This document shows positions 38,721 to 52,470 of a stretch of DNA of 64,000 nt, in pieces. The DNA is taken from the NCBI GenBank assembly GCA_964016885.1, contig OZ024742.1, positions 39,990,001 through 40,054,000 on the forward strand, given 5' to 3'. This DNA comes from Eledone cirrhosa. Its lineage: Eukaryota. Made by a program: the position numbers and the translations under genes. Under the pieces are notes generated by a model. That model worked only from the letters and a program-made list of their open reading frames with translations, made no database searches and had not been told where the DNA came from. How positions within the stretch are numbered: position 1 is the stretch's first letter; every line of letters starts with the position of its first letter.

Positions 38721-40540
38721 TATTTTGGACAATTTTCCCCAAAATTACTTTCTAGCTGTCTCTGTCCTTTTGAAGGACAGTTCCCTCTAAAATGTGCAGA
38801 TGCACTGTCATGTATTGGTACTGTGCTCATAAAAAATGTTTCAGCTGTTAGCAGCTGCTGTATTGGTGCTGTGCACATACAAAATGATATTGCTCAGTAG
38901 CTTTGAAATGTTTCCACTCAGCAATTTTGAAATATTTGTAGTTGCTGTATTTGTGCCACATACACAAAAATGTTGCCACTCAGTAGCTTAGAAATATTAT
39001 TTTGCAGTAGCTTTGAATTTAAAATTTTGTTCAAAACATCAAACGTTCTGCTCAGTGGTTAGGAAAACTTTTAAGGAATATTGATCTCAAATATATTTCC
39101 TTTGGTCTCTGTTCAATTGTAATATTTATTTTAGGTGATTTGTTTCTTGATGATTATCTTCGATTTTGGTTTCTTTGCATTCATTTTCATTCCATACTTT
39201 GTTGATTGTATTGACTTCTTTTTAATCAGTTTTTATAGTACCCCCTCCCCAACTGCCGCTAGTTCTCTATGATATAAAATTGTTGTTATTAAAAAACTCT
39301 TCCATCATAAAATTTTATGTAGGTACTATTGTAAAAGTGAAATGAAATTTACAGCTCACACCTGTGCAGGTTTATCTGGCCACTGATGAGATTATATCTA
39401 ATAGATTCTTGGGTGTTTTAATAATATGGGCACTAGTCCTATCATAAAAAGCAGCAAGAAAGATGTTTTGCTCAAGAAAACATCACTACTCAGTCTAGGA
39501 ATCGAACCTACAACCTTACCATTGTGAGTTCCTAACTACTAAACCTCCAAGCACCAGCCTATGATATGAAAGTTAATCATTTTACTAAATCTCTCCCAAT
39601 TCACTCATTATTTCCAAACTTATTTGAAAATTATAGGCAGTATTTTTCATTAGGAATATGATAATGAAAGGGTTAAATATACAAGATTTTCTTTTTTTTT
39701 TAATAAGTTGTCTTCCACTGAGTATGTATTATTTGATATGTACTCACTCTTATAGCTATTATTTTCATTAGAGATGCAAGGAGGAAATAGATTGCAAATG
39801 GAGAAAAATAGCCGTGAAGATTTGGTTATAACTAATTTAAAGGTAAAGCATTAAAGCATTTTGTTGAAATTGTGAAGGTGTATGGCCTAGTGGTTAGGGA
39901 TGTTGGGAATCATAATCATAAGATTGTTGGTTCAATTCCTGGACCAGGAGGCATGTTGTATTCTTGAGCAAAATACTTTTTCATATTCTCTTTCCACCAG
40001 GTGTCATAACCAGAAAATAGTATCAGCAATGGAAAGACCAATGGAGATATTGTTTCATTGTTGCAATCTGGCAGTCAGATCTTTCTTCTTGCCTTATACA
40101 CCATTATAAAATGACAAACCTTTTATTGGTTGATTCATTTGTTACTTACTATGCATAAATTATAAAGTCCCCCCCAACAATTAGTTGTCTTCTAGGCTGA
40201 CTGCCATTATCATCATCATTCTACCATGCTTTCATTGTCTGAATAAGTCTTCTGTTGTTCAGCATCTTGCCACTTGTTGCTCTCCTTTGTTATCTGCTGT
40301 ATGAGATTCTACCTTCTAATCTTCAAATTCATGTTACTTGCCCATTTGAATTCAGCTCAGTTTATTTGTGAGGGTATCATATTTGCTGAAGCTAGGTATG
40401 TGATGTTCATTACCTTAAAATTCATTACAAAAGGTCTTCAAAATGTTTTTAAATAAACACATATTGTTAAATAAACAAGTACATTCATATGTCTATTGCT
40501 ATTTCGGAGCACCAATACAATTTTATATATATATATATAT

Positions 40541-42159
40541 ATAAGAAAACTACAAGAGAAGTACCTAGCTAAAAGTAAACCCCTCTACTTGGCTTTTGTA
40601 GACCTGGAGAAAGCTTTTGACAGAGTCCCCCCGCTCCATTATCTGCTGGGCTCTTAGAAAACTAGGTGTAGATGAATGGCTTGTGAGAGCTATACAAGCT
40701 ATGTATAATGAAACAATCAGTAAGGTTAGAATTAACAATGAATATTGTGAAGGATTTAGTGTAAAAGTTGGCGTTCATCAAGGCTCTGTCCTTAGCCCCC
40801 TCTTATTTATTATTGCCCTTCAGGCTATAACAGAGGAGTTCAAGACCAGCTGCCGATGGGAACTCCTATACGCAGATGATCTAACACTCATAGCTGAATC
40901 TATGGCTGAACTAGAGAAGAAATTCGAAACATGGAAGCATGGCCTAGAATCAAAAGGCCTTAAAGTTAACTTGTCTAAGACTAAAGTTCTAGTTTGTAGA
41001 AAGGAAAATAGGGCACAGGTACCCTCAGGGAAATGGCCATGCTCAGTGTGTAGGAAAGGAGTAGGCAGAAATTCCATTTTATGTCCCAAATGCAAAGTAT
41101 GGGTACATAAAATATGTAGTGGGATCACAGATAAACTATCTAAGAACGTAGACTTTATATGTGGCCAATGCTCAGGTGCAATAAGTAGCAAGTGTCCAAA
41201 GGATACTAGCTCCTTCTATTGCCCAGATGGTTCTATAGAAATAGTAGACACTTTCCGTTACCTGGGTGACAAAATCAGCACTAGTGGAGGGTGCTCTGAA
41301 AGTACAGTAGCCAGAGTCAGAACGAGATGGAAAAAGTTCAGAGAGCTTATATCGCTGTTTCTCTCTAAAAATGAAAGGCAGATTGTATGATGCCTGTATA
41401 CGAACAGCAATGCTACATGGCAGTGAGACATGGGCATTACGTGCAGAGGACCTGCGTAGACTGGAAAGGAATGAAGCATGCATGCTCCGTTGGATGTGTA
41501 ATAGTAATATACGTGAACGACAAAGCATAAATGAACTAAGTGAGAAATTAGGAATAAGAGGGATCAGATGCTGTTTACTTGAGAGAAGACTACGTTGGTA
41601 TGGTCACGTGATGCGCTTGAAAGACGACAGCTGTATAAAAAAATGCAGGGCGATCAAAATTGATGGTAGTTATGGAGTAGGTAGACCGAGAAAAACCTGG
41701 GATGATAAATTCCGACCTCACACACTTACATCTCTCTAAGACAATGTCTCTGGACCGAGATATTTGGCACTACGCGGTAATACAGAAGATCCGCCTTGCC
41801 TATGTACAAAGCAAAACCTACAGTCAGTAGGCACCTCTTAACCAAATATACACCCCAATCCACTACCCCTACCCTATCCCCGCACTCCCACCAACAGCGC
41901 ACGAGAAAATGAGATCGAGATTGTGTAGGTGTCACGACAAAAAACACACAAAATCCATGCTGTAATGTGGTCGTGTAGGTAACACAGTAAAAAGTTCCCA
42001 GTTCCACACTGTAAATGTGGTTGGTGTTAGGAAGGGCATCCAGTCCTATGTGAGCGTGACACGGTCACCCGACCAGCCTTGCCTCAAGTGGGACAACTCC
42101 CGTCTAACCCATGCTAGCGTGGAAAATGGACGTTAAACGAAGATGATGATGATGATGAT
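40541..42159 (+). mobile_element. 5'-truncated RTE-clade LINE (RT with embedded PHD finger), frameshifted
   Basis: LAFVDLEKAFDRVP, GVHQGSVLSPLLF, LLYADD (YADD 40869-80), PHD 41040-41171, MLHGSETW, RRLRWYGHV, GRPRKTW. (GAT)n tail; TA tracts at both ends. Confidence 0.93.
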
Positions 42160-42450
42160 ATATATATATATAAAATGATAACAATAAACTTAGAAAAGAG
42201 TCTTCATGTTTCAGATGCTAGTCCTTCATCGTAAGATAGAAACTGAGAGAAAAAAGAATGTTTGGGAGAGGAGAAAACACATGTAGTTGCTAATCAGCCA
42301 CACACACACATTTATTTTATTATTGGTTTTAATCATTAGACTGCAGCCATTCTTAGTTGATCATATCAACCCCAGTAAATATTTTATCAATCTCTCTTTT
42401 TTTTCTTTTGTCAAATGATTAAGGATATAAACATAGACATGGCATCACAC

Positions 42451-42496
<46 letters not shown>

Positions 42497-42499
42497 TAT

Positions 42500-42628
42500 A
42501 ATGAAGGAAGTGTGGTAAGGAACCAGGTGGATCATAACACACCAGAGTACTCAATACTTAGGGTAGTTGAGTGGGTAATAGGAAAATGTTAAGACCTCAA
42601 GACCAGGGTCTTGAACATTTTCCTATTA
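42500..42628 (-). mobile_element. Family B copy with short terminal fold-back
   Basis: Reverse complement of the family B tail, with inverted TAATAGGAAAATGTT / AACATTTTCCTATTA; TA tracts on both sides. Confidence 0.65.
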
Positions 42629-43123
42629 TATATATATATATATATACAATGAGATTCTGTAGTTGTTTCCACCTACCAAATTGAACTCGCAATGCATTGG
42701 TCTATCTGTGACTTTAGTAGAAGACATTTGTCCAAGGTGCCATACCTCAGAACGATACCCAGAATCACACAGCCATACATTTGTGTCTATATACATAAGT
42801 GTATGTGTGCAAATCTGTGCATCAGACTAAAATAGCTTATGCTATTTAAGTATTGAGTTATGCCAATGAGGTCTTAAGTATTCAATAAATAGAAATTGAG
42901 AGAATAAGCACCAGACCAAGTAACTGTTGAATTCACCTAAAAATTTCTTGAAGGTTGTGCCCCAACATGGCCACAATCTCAAGGCCAGAACCCTGAAACC
43001 AATACAGGAATGAAAGAATACTTCTCAGTATAACGAAAAGTTTCTATCATGCTGTGTTGGTGTGTGAAAAACTTTTTTATTAACTATGAATTTATTGCAA
43101 TTCTGGAATGGCTGGGTTGTTGC

Positions 43124-43260
43124 TAGCCATGTGTGTATACATGCATATGTTTTTAGCCATGTGTGTATACATGCATATGTTTTTAGCCATGTGTGTGTAC
43201 ATGCATATGTTTTTAGCCATGTGTGTGTACATGCATATGTTTTTAGCCATGTGTGTGCAT
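43124..43260. repeat. Minisatellite, 30 bp x ~4.5
   Basis: TAGCCATGTGTGT(A/G)TACATGCATATGTTTT units. Confidence 0.95.
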
Positions 43261-44435
43261 GTGGTAGAGCACAACATTCTTTTACTCTTGCTATCAATTC
43301 AATACTTCCTGTTTGCTAAAGGAATTCAGTAGGTGTATTAACTCACTTTTACTATACTATATATATATATATAAATAATTATATATATATGTGTGTGTTT
43401 GTCTGTGTGTATGTGTATTTATATATATATATATACATACATTCATACACACACGCATGCATTTTTTTCTAAGCAGTAATTGACTTGAAGCCTGCACATG
43501 TCTGTCGGACTACCTCATCTTTCTTTATTTTCTTTCCACTACCCACTTTCTCACTTCTCCCTTTCAATGTTGCTTTTTTGCTAAAGTTTTGATAACCTGA
43601 AGACCCAAAACAAAAACATGATTTTATGTCTAATCTGTATCTCTATTTAGATATTCTCGAAAAATCATATAATTTGTTTTTTCCAATTCCATTACTTCTT
43701 ACCTATGAATAAATCTTTCTTTTGTGACAAAATATTTTTCACCAATTTTCTTTTTAAACATTTTGTTTCTACTTAAACATTTTGTTACCAATCTTGGTTT
43801 AAACTGGCTTTGGTTCTATAAAAACAAAGCCACCCATTTTGAAGGATTCCTATTTAAATAAAATGCTTTCAACATATGAGAACTATATGTTAAATTACTA
43901 TCTTAGTAATGAAATAATAATTTTTGTAAATTCCTCAAAATTCTTCAACAATTAATTGAAATAGTTGTATTTCATTACAGCCACAAAAGGATTAAATCCT
44001 TTCATTACTATATTTATAATGAAATATAATGCCTAAGGGTTATTTCTCATTATTTATGTTGTTTTGAATATAACTTAAAGGTTCTTACCATAATTTTTTC
44101 AAACCCCTTTTTCCACATTTCTAATGAAATACACTACCTATAATTTTGAAATATTTATGGAGGGTTTTAGTAATAATATGGTTAACTTTCTCATTATTAA
44201 GCTGGTGTTTGGAACACAAGTTAAACAAAGGTTTGTACATAAAATGATCAAGTTTTTAAATAAATGTAAACACTTTAAAACAACATTGAATCATAGAGCC
44301 ATGTGTGGTTTCAAGGGCCTCAGTATCAAAAGGGTTAAATATTTACTTTTGTTTTAATTATTGATAAATGAATAATCAGCATCCAATTATGTTGCATTTT
44401 GATAAATACATATCTTTCTATTTTGACATTTTCAG

Positions 44436-44869
44436 AATCTGGTATGACAGAAGTATGCTACAGCACACTAGCACTTGATTACATGCAAAAGACAAGACCT
44501 TCATCTGCATTATGGATGTACACACCAGCCTACCATAAATCTCAAGACCTTTTACTGAACCAACAACATCCAGAACCTGAAGTATCAGCATCTTTTGTTG
44601 CAAATAATAGTGAAGCTTCAGAAGAATCTACAGAAAATGAACACTGCACTGCTTCTCCTTGCACACATCATACAGACAGCAGCAATGTTGTAGATTACAA
44701 CCAACACCATCATCAGTATCCAACGACAAACACTACTAGTAATAACACTCATTGTAACAATACTATATCCAACATTAACAGCAGTAGTCATTCAGCGTGC
44801 AGCTGCAACAACCATTTTCCAGACTATGTATTTTTCAATCTTGCACAAAATGAATATTTGGAAAAATAA
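44436..44869 (+). CDS. Last coding exon (cytoplasmic tail) of the TNFR-like gene
   Basis: Acceptor TTTTGACATTTTCAG ends at 44435. G(27055)+AA forms GAA in the frame of ORF 44399-44869, so it is phase-compatible. Non-microsatellite S/T/N/H-rich tail ending NHFPDYVFFNLAQNEYLEK, TAA at 44867-44869. Joined CDS is 1143 nt (380 aa). Small extra exons cannot be excluded. Confidence 0.72.
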
Positions 44870-44948
44870 TAAATAAAATAAGACATTTGGGTGTGTATTT
44901 AATCACACACATGGTACACGTTATCAGATTGTAGGTCCTGTCTGCACC

Positions 44949-45195
44949 CAGTGGCAGATTAAGAAGGGTGTCTGACTGGGCTGTAGCCAAGGGTTCCAAA
45001 ACATATATAGGACCCCAAATTAATTTTTTTGCTACCATAAATAATATGAAAGAGCCCCGATGAAGTTCTCAGCTACTGCCCATCAATATATAAAGGGCCT
45101 CAAATTATTTTTTTCTTTTTGCTACCCTAAATAATATGCAAGGACCCCAATGAAATTTTTAGCCAGGGGCTCCATAAAAGCTTAACCTGCCCCTG
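44949..45195. mobile_element. hAT-like MITE just downstream of the stop codon
   Basis: CAGTGGCAGATTAAG / CTTAACCTGCCCCTG; degenerate 8-bp TSD TCTGCACC/TTTGCACT. Confidence 0.65.
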
Positions 45196-45715
45196 TTTGC
45201 ACTGATAACTAATCAGTTCTGTTCAGTTGACTGAATACAAATTCATTTTGGAAATGATTTCATATTGATGAAAAGGACTCAACCATTTATGGTATGAAGG
45301 GGAAAAAATGATCAAATTGATATTTTTATAATGTTATGTAGTGGTATGTTACAGTTTATTTATCTATCTATCTAGTTTTAAAGTAAGTTTAACATAGATT
45401 AAACTCCTCTTGATTTTGTTTTATAAATCATTCTTATAATTCATTTTTTAAAAGTTATATTCATGGCATTTAAGATATACAAACCTTTTAGAATCTTACA
45501 ATGGAAAAAAAATAATTGAAAATAATTTGTACTTTAAGTGGAAGAAACATTTTAATAAGACCATAATATACTGGGATAATTGCTGGCCTTGTGCCAAAAG
45601 TAGAAACAATTATTTATACAGTCTGATATTATCAAAAAATATATTTCAACATTTTATATTTTAATGTTAGTTATATTATAGTTTTATCAATATAAATATT
45701 GTATATTATTACACT

Positions 45716-45892
45716 TTGGCAGTATCGGTAGAGCACCAGACACCATGCTTTGTAGCATAGTTATGGCCCTTTACGTTCTGAGTTCAAATCCTGCCGAGGT
45801 TAGCTTTGCCTTTCATCCTTATGGGATTGATAAAATATAGTGCCAGTAATGCACTGGGGGTAATTGCTGGCCTTGTGCCAAAAGTAGAAACA
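45716..45892 (+). mobile_element. SINE family 1
   Basis: TSD ATTATTACACTT at 45705-16 and 45893-904. A 3' stub lies at ~45570-45612 and an older copy at ~46896-47105. Confidence 0.88.
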
Positions 45893-48375
45893 ATTATTAC
45901 ACTTAGACATACATACATGATTGTCAGAAAGTTAATGAATGCTGAGGGAGCTTTCAAGCCCCTTGATGCTATAGTACATCTATAAAAATATTTTTGATAG
46001 TTAGACTTTTTTTACTATCAGTTACAAAGCAATAATAATAAAAATGAATACACTAACACTAACCCCAACCATTTAATTTCAGAGATTCTATTTGGAAAAT
46101 ATTGAGATCTGGCTGTGTTAACCCTTTAGCATTTACATTATTTTATCCTTACTATTGTACTTTCACAATAAACACTTTATCTCACATAATATTGAATCTA
46201 CGAGATTTTGATATTATTTATTTTGAGAAAAATACCTTAATATAAGTATGAGTAGCTGGCTACAGCTGGTTTGAACATAAAGAGGTGAGAGAATTCTGGC
46301 TGGATATGGCTGGTTTAAATGCTAAAGGGTTAATGATTTGTAATGAATTGACATAACATTTAAAACATTGGGGTTTCAGAAAATGGTAGAAAACTTTTCT
46401 TTTTAAAATCCTATATTATTTTAATTTTTTTTTTTATTATAGAAAGTAATTTAACTCTGCATCAGTTATTATTGATAGATAGTAGCAGCAATGGAAAGAT
46501 CAATGGAAAAATAATTTCTTTAGTTTGATCTGATGACTCCTTGGTTCATTTCTTCTGTTAGGAGTTGTGATTACCAACAATGGTAAGACCATTAAAAAGC
46601 ATTGTTTCCTTGGTCTGATCAGATGTTTGGCTCCTTCTGGCTCTGTCTGGAGTTGTGACTGGCAGATAGTGTCAGTAATGGAAAAAAAAAACCTATAGAA
46701 ACATTTCCCCTTGGTTCAATCTGATGATAGGTTGTCTTCTGCCAGGAGTTTCAACTGACAGAAAGAATCAGCAATGGTTTGATCAGAATGATTGACTCCT
46801 TTACCCTCTATTATAGTAAATTTAGGGCAGCGAGCAGTTGAAAGGAGGGATAAATTCTACTTTCAACAATTTAATTAATTACACTGCCACTTAAGGGTGG
46901 TGGATTGGCAGTATTGGTAGAGCATCAAACAACATGCTTTGTAACATACAGCTACAGCCTTTTATATTCTGAGTTCAAATCATGCTGAGGTTAGCTTTGC
47001 CTTTTATCCTTATTGGATTGATAAAATAAAACACCAGTAACGCACTGGGATCGATTAAACTGACTTTCCCCTTCCCTCCAAGGTGCAGCAAATGTAGAAC
47101 AATTATTTATACTGTCACTTAACCCTTTAACATTTACATTACTCTATATATACTTTTGTATTTTTGCAGTAAAGACTTTATCTCACATAATATCAAATCT
47201 ATGAGATTTTGAGAACAAGTTAATGTCGGAATGAACCGCTTACAGCTGGTTTGAACAGATAGAGGTGAGAGAATTCTGGCTGGATACAGCCGGTTTAAAT
47301 GCTAAAGGGTTAAACATTCTGATAATATGCCAAAATAAAACTGGCTAAATGTTGAACTAGATAGAATTTATTTATATTGAAGTTTGTTCTGTTATAATAA
47401 TTATAGTTGTTTATTGTAGTAATGAGTTTAATCATTCTTCAGTTAATTTTTTTTTTTAATTGGAAGATTCATTCCAACCACTAATGCAAATCACATCCAT
47501 TGAACAATTTAAAGACAAAAATGAATTTTATTTTTAGTGTCCGGTTAAGTAACTTTAAATATGGTTTTGGTATTTTCAATAGTTTTCATCCATCCCATTT
47601 TACTTATCCTAATAAAAAGACATCGTTCAAAAACTATCATCGGACCAATATTGTGATCAATAACTTGAATTTAAGCCACCACGCCACCTCAGGCTGTACA
47701 GTTTTCAAAGAAGCTGAAGCCTTTTTTTTTATTAATTTTTTTTCCTCAACATTACACTATTCCTTTATTGATTATCAAAGCGCAAAGCTTAGTGGTTAGG
47801 GTGTTGGGCTTGGGACTGTGAAGGGCAGCACACTGTGTCATTGGGGAGGTTGTTTTATTTCACAGTGCTCCAGTTAACTCAGCTGGAAAAAGTGATTTGT
47901 GATGACAATGGTGCAAAAGATATATCAGCCTTTGCCACCCCTTGGACAATATTGGTGAAATGGAGAGGGGGAGACTTGTAGTATGATTAGACAACTGCTG
48001 GTCTTTCACAAAACACCTTACCCAGACTTGTGCATCAGAGAGGGACTTTCCAGGTGCATATCCAAGGTTGACTATGATCATAGGGTGCCTAATTCTTATT
48101 AAACAACAGCAAAATTTAAAACTCCTTGAGACTGAGAGCTGCTGGTTTATCATTCATATATCATCATTTTAAAATGTCACACATTCTTATTCACATCATA
48201 TCTTTCCATTTCATCATTGCACATATCCTGATATATTTTAATGGCATTTCTACAATAGATAAATCTGACTCATCACCTTGAATGTTTGCATTTCCTAATA
48301 AAAAAAAAAGTTATTAATTTATTCATGTTTTGTGGTGGTTGGGGGGAGGGTAGCAAACAAACAGACAACAGCCTA

Positions 48376-48451
<76 letters not shown>

Positions 48452-49272
48452 TAGATAGATACACATACACACACAGTATGAAGGTGCATGGCTTAGTGGT
48501 TAAGGTGTTCAGCTCATTATTGTAAAATTGTGAGTTCTGTTCCTGGCAGCATGTTGTCTCCCTGAGCAAAGCACTTTATTTCATGTTGCTCCTGTCCACT
48601 CAACGCAGCTGGTAAAACTGAGCTGTGCCTGTTCTTGTGAGCCAAGGGGCTAGCTAGCCTTATTACACAACTGTGTCAAGCTGAATCTCACTGAGAATTG
48701 TGTTTAAGATACATGTGTCTGTGGAATGCTCAGCCATTTACATGTTAATTTTATGAGCACTCACTTCTGTTTGGTCAAAAAATTCGGATATGAGTCATGG
48801 GAACCGGTAGAGGTTCAACACAGGAACATACAATTTCCTCATTTTTTCTCCTTAAAAATACCAATAACAATGCAGAAAAGAAGATAAAACATATTATAAA
48901 AAAAATAATACAAAGAATCAGTTAAAGCGGTTATAATACCTATTGACTTTTTTAACTATTTTTCTTGAACTATATATATTTTTTTATGGACTTAACGAGT
49001 CTTGTGTGTGGGAGATATTAATAGAAAATAAACCTTTCGTTGTAAGATTCGAAAAAAGAAATGAAAATTTGAAATGTGATGAAAGAAACTGGATTCTGTT
49101 TTACCCTCTTACCAAATTATGTTATTTATGTGATCAAAATTTTTTAATCTTACAAGAAAGGCAAAAATTGTATATATTTATTGTTTTTATTTTATTTTTT
49201 TTTTATTTTTATTTATGTCTCTCCTTCAGAACAAGATTTGTCTTTGAATGAATAACATGATTGTTATTCTCA

Positions 49273-49282
49273 AATAAATAAA
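49273..49282 (+). promoter_or_regulatory. Candidate distal poly(A) signal of the TNFR-like gene
   Basis: Overlapping AATAAA x2 after a unique AU-rich stretch, followed by a T-rich element, near the end of the CpG-poor domain. An alternative AATAAA cluster overlaps the stop at ~44868-44878. Confidence 0.3.
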
Positions 49283-51769
49283 TTCCAAAGTTGAAAAATG
49301 TTTCACGTTTTCTTTTATTCATTTCATCATCCAGAATTATTTTATTTATTTATTTTCCATTAATCCTTTCATCCCCATAGGATAGAGAGGGCTTTTCAGT
49401 TGAGTCCAATAACTGACAACCTCTCGTGCTGGTGCCATGAAGAAGGTACCCAGTACATTCTATAAGGTGGTTGGGGATAAGCAGGGCATCCAGCTGTAAA
49501 AACCATGACAGAAAAGGTTTGAGAAGATTTATTTGTTTTAAGGACACAACAACCTTTCTATTGCTTATACGTTCTATATTTGACATAGTTTCTTCAGCTG
49601 GATGCTCTTCTTCACATTAACCTCTTTACAACTTTAACACTTTACAGTGTGTTGGGTACATTTCATCATGCTACTAGCATTACCACTTTACTGAGTGTAT
49701 TTCATGTGTTTTATCTTGGCACTAACATATAACAGAGTACACTATATTTTTATCTAGTAATGGAGAGAAGAATGAATAGAAGATTGAAGAGCAATGTGTT
49801 AAGTTTTACACTAAGATGAAGTTATGAGGTTTTTATCCTTTATGATGAAACTCCAATCAGCTAGAGAAATTTATAAAATATTTTTTCATAGGTGCTGTCA
49901 TGGATGTGTTGATAAGGAATTTGCTTCACCATTACATGGTTCTGCTTTCAGTCCCACTGCACAGCACCTTGGGCAAGTAGCTTCTACTATAGCCTTGTGA
50001 GTTGAATTTGGTAGACAGAAAATGTAGAAGCCTCTTGCATATATATATTTACTGTAAATGTGGTTGGTGTTAGGAAGGGCAACCAGTTGTAAAATGCCCG
50101 GCCAAATTTACAGTCCTCATCGGAGCAAGTTATGGCGTGACCAACTCTGGCTAGACTTGTCTCCCAACGTGGACGACTCATCTAACCTATGCTTGCATGG
50201 AAAATGGACGCCAAACGGTGATGATGATGATGTTAAGGTAAGTTAAAGAAAAACAGCACAAGAAAAATAAAATGCAGTAGTATTAATTTAACGCTTTGTA
50301 ATATAGTTTGAAACGTGTCATAAAGTTTTGGACGCTACTCCTTTATTCGAAGAGAGAGAAGAAAAAGGAATTTGGATATTCATGTTTACGTTTGTGTCTG
50401 TATCTGAAAAATATGATCGATAAAATAGGTAGTAGACTTTAAAAAATCTGTGCCTCAGACTTTTTTATACTCTAAGAAAAGTTTATAAAAAAATCATACT
50501 TTGAAAATTTTTGATACCAAACCCTCCTGCTTAAAACCGCCCTTACAGATATATTTATTTTAGAATATTTATATTTATCTAAAAATCTTGCATCATAATT
50601 TTATGCGAAAGCGTTTGTTTAAGTTATGCTCAAAATACTATCTTAATAATTTGAAAGTTAATTATTCCTAAATCTTTTCAAATTCTTGATTTATTTTCAA
50701 AATGAATGAAAAATCACAGATAGTGTCTTTCATCAGAAATATGGTGACAAAAGGGTTAAACTTTTTATTGAATAATTGAAAGTGACAATTTTATTAAGCA
50801 ACTAGTAATTTGTAAGACCCCCATCACGATTCCTTGCCGTCCAACAACCTTTATACCGCCCCTTACATTTCATTGCGTCTCTTGAATCTCCCAGAAACCC
50901 TCAGTGTGTGTGGGGTGGATAGCATCCATTTTTGGGAATCACTGATTTAACTGATAGATATTATTTTATAATGCCAGTCAAGAAATTGATGCCAAATTTT
51001 CCTCAAATTCCATCCTCTAGCGTCTTCTAAATGGTTAAATATTTAGGATAAACTTACACCGGATATACATTATATAATGCCAGGAGAGAAGACGGAATGC
51101 TCACTGCTGGAATGTCGGTCGAAGGATGAAATTTCGACTTACAAGAAATTCTTACTCAGCACATGCGTATATCATAGAATAATAGAAGCTAAATCTCAAC
51201 TGTGGAAGAAGTTAATACCTCCATGCCATAACCGTCGCTCGATCATGGCTGACCCGGGGCAACACAACCCCCACCATGCGTTACTGGTAAGTACCATACC
51301 TGGTACTTTGTAGTTAAACTTAAACGAGATGTTTAGCATTTGAGGCCTTTGTCGATGTCATGAGCATTGTAAAGGAATAAAGAGATCTTTGATATAGTTT
51401 GAAACGTGTCATAACGTTTTGGACGCTACTCCTTTATTCGAAGAGAGAGAGAGAGAAGAAAAAGGAATATGGATATTCATGTTTACGTTTGTATCTGGAG
51501 TCGTAGGAACAACGTTCTAACATTTTAAACTTGGCGGAGCCTATTCCATCTTTTTAGCGATTTACAAGACTAGTTTACCTGTGTCATTCATTTTAAACAG
51601 TATGGTTTGTTATTTAAGAGATATTTGGCTGTTATTTCTAACAATCCTAATGACCACGTTGAGCAGGTATTCCTAAACTCTTTAGCCTACCATGGAATTC
51701 TTGATCACCTCACCAATCACAGGCATCAGTAAAGAGAATGTAAAATAAATAGACAATAACAATTAGTTA

Positions 51770-51907
51770 CCGTATTTCCCGGTGTTGAAGACGCTACTTT
51801 TTTCCCAAGAAAAAAATCTACCATGCGTCCTGGAGACCGAAGGTTGTTTATTATTTTTTTCAAATTTTTGGTTGTCAAAATTAGGGTGCGTCCTCATGGA
51901 AATACGG
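51770..51907. mobile_element. pogo/Tigger-type MITE
   Basis: TA-CCGTATTTCC ... GGAAATACGG-TA. Confidence 0.75.
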
Positions 51908-52439
51908 TATATATAAATCAGAAAATTGTGTAAGTTATTTTTTGTATTTTTCATTCAAATCCCCCCCACACCACCACAACTTTTGCCCTATCCCAACTAT
52001 TTGGGGGCCCTCTAATCTAGAGGATCCCTTCTTGATTTGTAAATTTCACGTAATAAGCAAGACGTGTGTGTGTGAAATGGTTCGGCAGGGAATCGAACTT
52101 GCATCAGAGATTCTGGTTAATTTGTACCTTATCACTATGTAACGTCAGCACCGGCAGCTGTTTTCTTTTAATAAGTATAGAAACTTTTTTTTATTATTCA
52201 TAACATAGCTATTGCTGTTTTATGTCTTGTAAATTAGTAAAATTATCAAATGCAAAATTAAGTACGTAATATACTCAAATTTTATAACAAACTAATAAAT
52301 TTTATTCACAGTTGTATAAATAACATTACAAATTGTTCTCAGTTCTTTCAGAATGAAAATATAAACACAAATATAAAAACATATAATAAATACAATTAAC
52401 TATTGCTAGGAACTTCACAAATATAACGCACCAAAACAT

Positions 52440-52470
<31 letters not shown>

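Noticed and set aside
40617-41739. Host genes or an active LINE
   Set aside because: Fragments of one 5'-truncated, frameshifted RTE ORF2 with no endonuclease domain.
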